Source: Vermamoeba vermiformis
Lineage: Eukaryota
Reading direction: 5' to 3'
Assembly (NCBI GenBank): GCA_045837725.1
Contig: JBEWZL010000251.1
Span: 62,001-82,722, forward strand
DNA: 20,722 bases
The translations under genes and the position numbers were made by a program. Of the stretch, positions 1 through 10,980 are shown piece after piece. Every line of letters starts with the position of its first letter. Position 1 is the first letter of the stretch. A model generated the notes under the pieces. It was not told the DNA's origin. It made no database searches and saw nothing but the letters and a program-made list of their open reading frames with translations.

Positions 1-63
1 CAACAAGAAGAGTACGGTGGTGAGGAATACCAACAAGAAGAGTACACTGAAGAGTACCAGTAA
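1..63 (+). CDS. 3' end of an upstream gene; acidic low-complexity tail QQEEYGGEEYQQEEYTEEYQ*
   Basis: Frame 1 is open to TAA at 61-63. The 15-nt direct repeat caacaagaagagtac at 1 and 31 encodes QQEEY. AT-rich sequence follows. Confidence 0.6.
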   Translation, partial: QQEEYGGEEYQQEEYTEEYQ

Positions 64-487
64 ACGGATTCGCCCTTAACTTTTTCTTCGAAGTTCAACT
101 GCGATAACGAAAAACCTGGTTGTATTTATAAATACGTCTCGACAATAACCTTGCGTGTGTTGTTTGACAAATGCAATCAATCTTGTTACATTAATAAAAA
201 ATATTGTTTAAATAGAAACCTACCTCCCTAAAATTAGCAACCTTCCCTTCACCGATCGAAAAGCAAGATTAGATGCAGCAAGATCAAGGTATAGATATTT
301 TTATTTTAAAGATGGCAGCCAAGATTCTACGAGCACAAACCTCGCCTGCCAGCACGTCAGACGGGTTTATTTTTGAAACGTTCTTTTATTGAAGGACACA
401 GCACCTTCTCTACTTGTAATTCAGTATTATATTATATATTCGTATTGTACATAGTCTATATATTGCATAGTACCGTTAATTTCCGCA

Positions 488-3236
488 ATGGCAACTCATC
501 GAAAATTTCATCAGATTGACTCACCAAGGTAATTTATTCTGCACCGCTCAATATATTATTTTAAATTATATTATATCCCTGCCGATGTTAAAAGTGTTTC
601 AATACTGGTGCTATCTGAAATTTATTGTAAGCTCAGGTCAATTTTAATGAATAATTTTCAGGCTGGGCAATCAATTCGTCGAAGACAGCGGCTTACAATC
701 ATGTCTCGAGTATTTTGTGCCCAAGGAAACACTTGATAAAATGCGAGGAGGCTTAGAGGAGTGGGGACAACGTTGCGTCGGAGATCTGCAAGAAATGGGT
801 ACGTGTTGTGCTGCTTTGTACTAACTTGTGCTATGATATTTATAATATTATTTTATATAGGTGATGACGCGGAAGCACATCCTGCTACTGTTACTCATTA
901 CAATGCTTGGGGTGAGCGCATTGACAAGATCAACACGTAAGTGGATCGCTTCAATTTTGATAGCAACTTGTATCTATAATATATCTTAGCGATTATAAGA
1001 TACCAGCGCATTTCTTAATGACATTTTTGTACTTCATTAGTGCTTGGGGCTACAGACGAATGAAAGAAGTCTATCCCGAGTCAGGCATTCTTGCTGTCGC
1101 TTACGAGCGCCCTTACGGTGAATTCAGCCGATTGCTACAATATAGCATGAGTTACCTTGCCTCTGGAGCTCAGGTAAGCGCAAAAACGGATGAATAGGAT
1201 CTTTCTGACTCACCCACCGTCGCGCGAGTTGGAATCAATCCATGACCTATGTTAAAGAACTTTGGTGGATTAACTCGTATCCGTTAGGGTATTTCGTATT
1301 CTTGCCCTGGCGCTATGACTGACGGCGGTGCTCGTCTCTTGGAGCTCTACTTGAAGTCCAAAGATCAAATGTGCTCATCGAATGCAGGCAAGGTTTGCAA
1401 TTGTTCTCAAAAGAATGCGACTGACAAAGTCGTTCAACTTGCGCGCATGTACTTCGAGGGATTTACTTCGCGAGACCCGAAGAAGTATAAAGACTGCGGC
1501 CAATGGATGACTGAAAAGACTGGTACGTTATAGCTGATCAAGCGCACTTGGCACGCTCTAACTTGTTAATACAAAAGGTGGCTCTGACGTATCGGGCACT
1601 GAAACTATTGCTACTCCTCAACCTGACGGCAGCTACACTTTGTCTGGCTACAAATTCTTCACTTCAGCCACGACCAGTGACGTCACATTCACACTTGCGC
1701 GCATTATTGATCCTGAAGGTACTTGCTTAAGCCAGCGCAATAGTACGCGGTTATTCTAATGTCTTTCTTAGATCCTCAAGGTATCAAGAAGAAGCGTCAA
1801 AAACTCTCCTTGTTCATGCTCGAGTTGCGCGATGAGAATGGCAAGATGAACAACATTTACATTCACAAACTGAAGAACAAGTTCGGCACCAAGTCACTTC
1901 CCACTGCCGAGCTCGAGTTGATCAACTCAAAGGCTTATCTTCTTGGCGAGCCCGAGCAAGGAGTCAAGATGATTTCAACCATCCTGAACATTACCCGTAT
2001 TGGCTCGTGCATCAGTGCACTTGGTATGGCTCGTCGTGCAGTAGCTATTGCACGCGATTACAGTCACAGACGCTCTGTATTTGGATTTAAGCTGTCCAAG
2101 CAACCTCTCCATTTGCACACTTTGGCTGCGTTAGAGGTACGTGCCCGGATCCGACTTTTACTATTATTGCCCTTAAGCCATGTGATGTGACCACAATGAA
2201 CATCCTCATCGTTCAAAGGGCAAATATTCCATTATATATGGCCACACCTTATTCTAATCGTTCTTATAGCTTGAGGTTCGTGGTTGTTTGTACCTCATTG
2301 GCAACATTCTTCGCTGGACTGGATTGATCGAAACTGAGAAGCAAGCCCAATCGCCATTCATTGAGGCACATCGCCTTTTGATCCCTCTCGGCAAGCTCTA
2401 CATTTGCAAGATGTCTGTGGCCGTTATTTCTGAAGCCATGGAGTGCTTGGGAGGTAATAACATCACGTCTTACGACTAAGGCGAAGATAGCTAAATTTCT
2501 TCTAGGCACTGGTTACATGGAGGACTCGCGCTTGCCCCAACTGTACCGCGATGCGCGTGTCAATTCGATCTGGGAAGGCACCACTAATGTCATTTCAATG
2601 GACGTTGTGCGTGTGTTGACTGGCTCGCCCAAGTCTTTCGACGCACTCATCAAGTACTGCACTCAAATGCTCGAGCAGGTCTCGAAGCACGCCTCGAAGC
2701 AAGATGCACTCACTGCCAAGCGCTTGAACTACGCCATCGAGAACTGCAAGCACTCTTTGAGCAAGATGAACGAGTTCTGCTACAAGGTTGTGCGCACTAA
2801 GGAGAGCGCTGAAACAGCTTTGCCTTCGTGGTTGTCAGTCGTGAGATTGTTTTCATTCAGCATGGCTCGCACGTTGATTGCATGTTTGTTGTTGCACCGC
2901 GCTTTCGAGAAGCCATCTGCCACGGTAAGCAAACTGAGGGATCTTTAAACTGCAGCTCTCTGATGCATTTTTCAATTACAGATGAAGCGCCAAGAAGTGG
3001 CAATTGCTCTCCGATGGGGTTCTCGTCCGTTGTTTATCGTCGGTCACGAATTGAACCTTGCTAACGACGCTATGCTCGTCGGTGACCTCAAGGGCGAGAG
3101 ATTCGGTTTGAGCAACACCGAGTTCTTCAAGCTCGTCAGCGAAGAAGACGAACTCATTGGTCTTGATATGGACGATAGAGGAGTCGCTCGTGGTACTGGC
3201 GAGAAATTGAACGGTCAGATCCGTCCGAGATTGTAA
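488..3236 (+). CDS. AidB-like acyl-CoA dehydrogenase (about 10 exons), probably peroxisomal
   Basis: Spliced translation MATHRKFHQIDSPRLGNQFVEDSGL...HYNAWGERID...SCPGAMTDGGARLL...GQWMTEKTGGSDV...KLKNKFGTKSLPTAELEL...[40 protein letters not shown]. These are hallmark ACAD/AidB-family motifs. Introns are GT-AG, e.g. 529-661, 799-860, 937-1040. The start codon is uncertain and an upstream exon is possible. Confidence 0.92.
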
Positions 3237-3542
3237 AATGATAAGGAGTGAAACCCACCAATAGAAAACTGGTGTTTATTTCTAAAATATTAGTGAATCG
3301 CCAGTCCTCTTCGATTTCTTTTCCTCAATTTCGAACGATCGCGCCTCAACCACGTTGCATACACGAAACATAATACTATTGCAATTAGTTGCTTCGAGCT
3401 TACAGCTGACCATGACAAGCACCTTATTATAACAAAGCGCTCTACGCAACTTGGCTGCCGGTTGGCAAGACGGGTTTGGATAAAAAATTGAATTAAATTT
3501 TATAGTCTTGTTGTCTTGCGAAGCACTTACAAAAAAGAAATT

Positions 3543-6316
3543 ATGGATAGTAATGAATTGATCAACTATTTCATCGAAGCGGAGCCAATTTGGTTTCTAC
3601 GCAGAAGTAAGCGGATTTAAAATCCAAAGACAAACAGATCCGAAGCTCTTTTGGTTAATATTAAGTAATTAATATTTAATTGCATTATTAATTGTTGCAT
3701 AGAGGAGGGCCCTCACAGTGACAAAGAGCGCAAGTTAATCGAAAAGTTATTCAAAGCCCTGGCAACCAGAAACCACATTAAATCTATTGATATTGAAGGA
3801 AGTACGCAGTATAAAAATATTTATAATTATTTTGGGCGTTAATTGTTTTATTGGTTGTAGAGCAATACTCGGACGAGGAGTTTCTTCTGTTCATCGATTG
3901 TCTTGGCCACAACGAGTCCGTAACAGAGTTACGTATAAATTGTAAGTAATGCAACACAGGTGTAACTTTTGATCTTACAAATTCTCAGGTTATTCAGCGG
4001 ACGAGGATCGGGATAAAACAGTCGTCACTAACCGATTGTTAACGGCCTTAGCAAACAGAAATATTAGTCTTCGAAGTCTAGAATTGCCTTGTAAATTCCT
4101 GTTTTATTGCTTAAGTAGGGCTAACAACCAATCTTAGGGGGACCGGACTACTCAGATGGCGGAGTAGCTCACTTGTTGGAGCTGATCCGTTCAAATCCTG
4201 ATTTGCGACGACTGCACATTAGCGGTAGTTTTAACGATGACGACGTTGTGGCCATTATTAACCAGTTGCGCGAGTCCTGTGAGAATTTAACGTCATTTTA
4301 CATCGGTGGCGATTTGACTTTTGATGGACTTTGCCGTTTGGCTGAATTTGCCGGTCAATCCCGAGTGCTTCAGTCCGTAAACTCTTCTAGTAAGTATTAT
4401 ACCATATTTGGAAAGTTTATGACTCGTTCTGATTTAATATTCATAGCTAATTTGGATATTGAACTTTCCGACCAACAGTTTTATGTGCTTAGTAACCTCT
4501 TAGGGAAGGAAAATACAAAGCTAATGGAATTTGGCACTTGGTGTAAGTAGAGTAACTTTCAGCCTAGATGAAGTCCTTCAAGTTTAGTAATTAGAAAACA
4601 AATAGCGAATCATAAGTTGGATCTGCTTCGCCGAAATAAGGAACTGGAAATCGAAGAACGAGCAAAAGAGAGGCATCAAAAGTTCTTAGATTTACAAGAA
4701 CAAAAGAAAAATCACGTGGAGTACATTCACGCGGCGAACTATGATTTGACGAAATTTCCTTCTGAACTGATATTTTCGCTGTTGGTTTACAGTGGCATGT
4801 TGAGCTCAATATCTGCGTTTTTCAAAACATGCAAACATTGGCGAGCTGTTGGCAGGAAAAGCAATTTTTGGAAGCACTTGGCGGCACATGTGTTGCCCGT
4901 GGTTGAGCCTAAAGTCCTCGAGTTTGTTGAGGTATTCTACGCGGAGCACGTGCAGAAATATGGCGCCGAGAACAGCAATTTTTGGGAGATCTTGGTGAAA
5001 CATGCTTACTCGTACCATGTATCGGCTCCGGCTCGATGGACTACTGTTGGGATCACGGACATTACGACCACAAGATTGCCGTTCCATCACCCCCAACCAT
5101 CACCATTCCTACACGAACAGTTCTTGACTGCGTTGTACAGACGTTACCCTGGCTTGATGCCATTTACTCAGAGCTGCGATATAACGACAGTCAAAGGAGA
5201 AAGCGCACCTCGCTTGTTCTTGCACTTGGTCTCGGACTCGATGCCGTACTTCCATATTGTCATTCAAACGGTTGGAAATACCAACATCAGTGGAATATTC
5301 TTTGTGTCGAATTATGACAGAAAGTACCCGTTGCTACATATCGAACAGGCGCTTGATTATTTCGCCGCCGAATCGCTTGACGACGCGTTGGTGAAATCGA
5401 AGCGAATGATAGAGACTTTCTACGTGGCACATGGTCGCTCGATCGATTATTCAGAGACTCGTTTCTCTACTGCTTCATTGCTTGCGCGTGCGGGAGAGAA
5501 TCACTCGAAATTGAGAGAGCAGATCAGTAATATTTTGGAATCGGTAGCCGAGAGAATAATCAGTCAGTTTAATATTGGTGGCAATCAAGTAGATGTGGTG
5601 ACACAATTGACGATATTAATGGTGAATCGGCTACGTGAACAAACTATAGTGAGCAATGCGGATCTGCCGGACAAAAAACAAAAATTACCTTCTAGGAACA
5701 TTTTACACACATTATACCCAGCACGTGTTCTTAAAGAACTCAGTTTTGTTTCCAACAGCATGTAAGTACTTTTGATGTTGCAGATCTGCCGGCAATTACT
5801 AATGACTTAACCACTTTCAGGGACCGGGTTCGTGGCGTTGAGTTGCAGCCCATTAGGCCTCAGCCGAAGAAAAAACCGCGTCTTTCATCACTCAAAGGCA
5901 CTATTATGAAATGTATTCGTGTTATGGTGAATTTCATAGTCATGCCAGTGTTGCAGGTGTTGTGGCCAAGACACGTGCGCGAGATGGAGCAAGGACCAAC
6001 GTCAGTCGAGTTTAAGCTTCCAGATGGACTTTACAGGCATTATTATGAAAATTTCAAGCCATTATCAGGTGTTACAGTCGACAATGCAGCGCCAGTTTGT
6101 TGGCCCATGACAGCTTTGGTGTTCGCATCTCAGATCGCCGAACATGTTGGGCTAATATTTGAGCGGTTGGTTGGATTACGATTGCAGAAAATCAACAAAG
6201 AAGATATCAACATCGTTCAGTTGATGGAGCCTCTTTCAATCGATGAAAACTTGATCCCGCCAAAACACATCGCTGGATTTCAGGAGGTCGTTAGTCGAAT
6301 CATTGAATTTTCGTAG
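3543..6316 (+). CDS. RNI-like leucine-rich-repeat protein with internal F-box-like motif and uncharacterised C-terminal region (about 8 exons)
   Basis: The 5' exons give RNI-type repeats (LFKALATRNHIKSIDIE, LGHNESVTELRIN, LIRSNPDLRRLHISG, CENLTSFYIGG). They splice in frame into ORF 4617-5765, which holds LTKFPSELIFSLLVYSG...TCKHWRAVGRKSNFWKHL (F-box-like). Intron 5762-5820 joins ORF 5843-6316 in frame. Confidence 0.7.
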
Positions 6317-7054
6317 AATATACATCTGTTACAATCGTAAGTGTACATTTATACCTTCGTAACGTCATCAATCTTCATTAACGCACGGATTTAGGGAGAT
6401 CACTCCAATAGTTTGCAACTTGATTAAACCGACGAGTCGTATTGAAAATTGAGCATGATTCCTCGCTTGTTAAATGACGGTTAGTAGTGTAATATATAAA
6501 AAGCGAGAAAATTAACGACAGCTTGCGCACACATGAGCAGTTTATTCGAACAACATGGTGAAATTCCCCAAAGATTCGATGCGATAAATGAGCCGCGCAT
6601 TTGCCGTCATACATAATTTATCTCTGGTGTTCTAGATAGTGTCGCAATTGAATGCAGTCGAGCATCACATTAGTTACAGACTTGTTCGAGCAAATCTGAT
6701 GGACCACTCGAAGGTATTGTTATGCTTCCATTCTTGATTGAGAATTGCAGAAGAACATCCACATGGAAGCGTATTGAAATCAATAGAATAATTCAAATGG
6801 AACAAAAAATAGTTGCATTTATTCAACAGAGAATCCAGTTCTAAGGATAATTTTAATTACAAATAATCTTGATATTAAAGAACTCGGATGACAAAGGATG
6901 ATTAATATTCGTAGAGACAAATATATCTATGTATATTAGACACATCATATTTCATTTTACACCACGATCATTCCCGGCGGCAACAAATCCGCTGTCAAAA
7001 CTTAAACCAATCCTGACGTCATCCAATCAGATTAATAACCGAGTTTTATTATAG

Positions 7055-8548
7055 AACACTTGGCGAGTTACAACGCTAGCCGGTCAAGTCAATTCTCGAG
7101 GAGACAACGACGGTAAAGGGTCCGAAGCTAGATTCAGTCGTCCTCGAGGCATAGCCATTGACAAACACGACAATATCTATGTATGCGAGTGGAACAACAA
7201 TACTATTAGAAAAATTACACCCGATGGCGTTGTCGTGACTTTGGCGGGTCATGCAGGTCATTGGGGATCGCGAGATGGCGTCGGTAGCAAAGCACGATTC
7301 AACGGGCCTTCAGGCTTAGGTAAGTAATTGCAATATATTGTATGAATACGAGAGGGCGAATCTTTTCTTCTGAAAATAAGCATAATTGAGTCTTTTTCCG
7401 ATAATACGTTGCCTATTTTTATTGAATTTTCTTACAGACGTGGATGAAGATGGAAATGTTTACGTTGCTGATTACTACAATAACACGATGCGCAAAGTGA
7501 CGCCTGAAGGGATCGTAACGACGATTGCTGGTCATGTTGGCCAATGGGGATCAACGGATGGATCAGGCTTTAAAGCTCGTTTTAATGGTCCTTCAGGTGT
7601 TAGAATTGATGCAAAGGGCAATATTATCGTCAGTGATAATAATAACAACACTATAAGAAAAATATCGAATGTTGATGGAAACGTTTCGACTATTGCAGGA
7701 TCTGCTGGAAAATCCGGTACGTTTTGAACCAGAGAATCTCTTATACATATCGAATACTAGCAATGATTAATGTACTAATCTTATATGATAGGAGCGGAGG
7801 ATGGCAATGGAACACAAGCACGCTTTTTTGGTCCATCCGGAATTGCAGTGGCTACAGACGGCACTATTTTCGTGTGTGATCGCTACAACCATACTATTAG
7901 ATCTATATCTATAGTAGGAGAGGTTACTACGATTGCCGGACGCGTATTGCAAGCCGGATCTGCTGACGGTAAAGTCACCGCGGCAAGGTTCAATCAACCT
8001 TCTGGGATTTCCGTCGATAAAATTGGCAACTTATTCGTGAGCGATTACTACAACCATACTATTAGGAAGATAAGTCCGTTGGGTGAAGTTACTACTATTG
8101 CCGGTAAGATCCAGTTTGAATTGAATTTACCGTTTGCAAATTTCTGAAATTCAATTTGACGTTTGATTGCAATACTTGACAAGTATTCTTTGCGTTTCGC
8201 ATATTAAAAGCAAGGTATACTACGTTACTAAGTATACTATTAAAGGTATGGTTGGGCATCAAGGCGCAGTTGAAGGGTTCGGAGACCACATCCGATTAAA
8301 CCATCCCTTCCGAAACACGATTGATAGTGATGGCAATCTATACATCTGCGATGAATATAACTCTATCATTCGCAAGTTGATTAGACCTCCTATTGAAGAT
8401 CTAATCAATTCTGCTAAAGAGGTAAGATTTTTGTAACGCAATCTGATCTTGATTACCTTTTATGACTATCAAAACCCTAATTCTTCTATAGAAGAAGCAT
8501 TATATTCAACATAATATTAACCATTCATATTATTTTTAGAACGCATAA
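7055..8548 (+). CDS. NHL-repeat six-bladed beta-propeller protein (first and last exons uncertain)
   Basis: Six tandem repeats of about 55 aa with consensus VTTIAG..G..GS.DG.G..ARFN.PSG+.VD..GN++V.D..N.TIRKI, across exons at about 7055-7319, 7438-7717, 7793-8103 and 8246-8421. The start exon is not securely identified (possibly ATG 6898). Confidence 0.88.
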
Positions 8549-8833
8549 TCAACGAGAGATTCGTAAATTTGAACTCCGAATTTTCTCCCTCGATCCGGTT
8601 GCCTCGCTAAACCTGATACCACGCTACTAGCCCAAGCATTATAATGCTAAGATTATCATCGGAATGTAATAGAGTGAGCTATCAACAAGCTCCACGACGC
8701 AATAGTTTCTGGCTAGATCTGCACCAATTCTTTGAACGAGTAAATCTCGAATAATAAACTTCAAAGGACCATTTTTGTTTCAAAAAATCAAGCAATATTT
8801 AGTTATATATTATAAGGCTAATGGGATACTATA

Positions 8834-10018
8834 TTATAGATCGTGGTTCTCAAATTCGAGCGAGTAGATCGGGTGGATCTTGTCTACTGGTACTTGCATA
8901 TCATGGCAGTAACCAGTGTGAATATCGTAGACCCATCCGTGAATACTAACAATAAGACCATATTAGGGAACAATATCTTAAAGCTATTTTTAGCGCTATT
9001 TACCGAGGCAATTGTTCTTGGCCCTTTGCTTTTGCAGATGCCCAAGCTTTTTGTATAAGAGACGTCTCAGTCAAGCGGAACACTGTCAAATATTAGTTAA
9101 GATATCATATGTATGTATAATAAGGTATTGTTTACCTTGCTCTTGAACGTTCAATTCGACCAATCGTCGTTCACGTGCAACGGGATCAGTAATTGGATCT
9201 AATTCAGCGCTGTACTTGGCGTAGGTATCTTTAATATGGCGCAACCATTTGTTGATAAGACCATTGTACTAGAATAATAAATTAGCACTCTATATGAATA
9301 AACTTTTGTGTTTAGAAAAAAAAATAGATCCGTTACACGAGGTAACCAGAGCCAATTTGCGTCGATAGTTATGCATAGTAGATACAATATGATATAGTTT
9401 AATAATATAGACTCTTACAGCGTGAGTCAATGAGTGTCTAACACCACCACAGTTGTAATGACCGCAAACAATAATATCGTGGACCTATTTGAAATACAAT
9501 TAATATTATTATATGAATAGTATGCATATAACACATACTTTCAATGTCTCGACGGCATATTGAAGCACAGTCATCAAGTTCATGTCGGTATGGATCACCA
9601 GATTTGCTACATTTCTGTGCTCGAAAATATCACCAGGACGAGTACCAGTGACTGCAGTCGGTGGAATTCTGCTATCAGAACAACCAATCCATAATACTTT
9701 TGGGATTTGAATGTGGCTCAATCGCTCGAAGAAATACGGATCTTCATTCAAACGATCCGCAACCCAGCGTTTGTTATTGGCAAGGAGCTTTTCGTAGCCT
9801 ATTTAATATCGATAAATTAGTATGCCATACTTTGCACCGATATTTGCACGAGAGAAGCTTCTACTGTCACTGAAAATTTGCTTCTAGAAGATCGGATCCA
9901 GCTCACATTTCGAGTGTAATAAAAACACGACATTAATTTTAAATTATTATTTTATAATCACCTTTTTGCTTCGTAAGATCAACGGTCTTCTCGGCATTCA
10001 CTTGTTGGAAGACTGCCT
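8834..10018 (-). CDS. Beta-class carbonic anhydrase (Can/Nce103-like), multi-exon; N-terminus uncertain
   Basis: Spliced product [12 protein letters not shown]...[12 protein letters not shown]...[11 protein letters not shown]...[24 protein letters not shown]...[10 protein letters not shown]...[11 protein letters not shown]...[11 protein letters not shown]...ENHDL*. The Zn-ligand motifs CxDxR and HxxC are intact. Stop at 8834-8836. Confidence 0.95.
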
Positions 10019-10477
10019 GTAAAAATAAAAGATGAAATTCCCGTTCATTGTGTTTTTCTGAGATTAAAAGTAATAGAAGATGCATTATAATAATTTCACT
10101 ATGTTTAAGACGTAGTTTTTAAATAAATTACGCTTGCGTAAAGCCAGCTGTGCGGTATAAGAAAAATTCACAAAGAAACGCGTTGAAGAGTCGATAATTT
10201 ACTTCTTTAATCGGCGATCTATCGATATCATATAGCGATATTATAACAGTTATTGAAGGAAAATAATATTCTTTAGTTCGCAGAGGCGAAGAAGCGCGAT
10301 CCGCGAAGATCTTCCGAAAGATCAATTAAAATAGACTTTTAGACCGCTTCGTTACGATGATCAAGCGGTGAATAATGATTGGATAGTAATTTAGATTATA
10401 TCCTAGTGATTTTTTTCGAAAATTTCAACGGTCAAGAAGAATGAGTTTGCGGATTGCAAAAACATATGCTTGAACGC

Positions 10478-10792
10478 TTATAAATTTGTAAAAAAATTTT
10501 CTTTATGGTCACTTACCGATAACTTAAGCTTCTTAGGCTGAGGAAGCGCGGCCATCAATTTATCAGTGATAGTAGCGAGAATTCTAAGCTGCATCTCGCT
10601 CTTTGACCCAGTCTCGAGGCCCAACTCCTTGCAAAAGTGCGTCAATTGCTCTTCAGTAACAACTCCATTAGCGATGTCGTTCTTAGACTCTAAAAGCTGC
10701 TTGAAGAAGTCGTCGTGTGGTTCGTGGATGTGATCGTTGCCCTGATCGGTGTTATCAACATGAATTGAATCGACTTGGCTTACGGTGCTCAT
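10478..10792 (-). CDS. Small protein with SAP-like helix-extended-helix motif; 3' end uncertain (probable intron donor at 10516)
   Basis: ATG at 10792. TEEQLTHFCKELGLETGSKSEMQLRI resembles the SAP consensus (L...L...GL...G.K..L..RL). Basic PKKLKL could be an NLS. Confidence 0.5.
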   Translation of the reverse strand: MSTVSQVDSIHVDNTDQGNDHIHEPHDDFFKQLLESKNDIANGVVTEEQLTHFCKELGLETGSKSEMQLRILATITDKLMAALPQPKKLKLSVSDHKENFFTNL

Positions 10793-10980
10793 TATAATTA
10801 TGTGGTTAAGTAGAGCCGTGGTCTTTTGCAAGGAGTGAATAATTTGAATGAAGGAACGCCCGAGAAAAAAGGTACACCAAACTTTTACGGAAATTTCGTG
10901 AGGACGCCGGTGGCCGCGTTCTTTTTTATTTCTAATTACTTGTAGAATACAACAATACCGCGAGTGCTAGGACAAGCAAC

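Noticed and set aside
6320-7050. Possible gene in the intergenic gap (ORF 6378-6614 minus; short ORF near 6722)
   Set aside because: No recognisable protein motif or convincing exon chain. It may hold the NHL gene's 5' exon, but I cannot support a model.
7055-8400. Regularly spaced repeats as a CRISPR-like or DNA repeat array
   Set aside because: The similarity is at the protein level (NHL repeats) with synonymous divergence, and there are no identical DNA repeats with spacers.
8843-9873. Plus-strand ORFs 8843-9058 and 9661-9873, and minus ORF 9199-9387
   Set aside because: They overlap carbonic anhydrase exons or introns in the wrong strand or frame.
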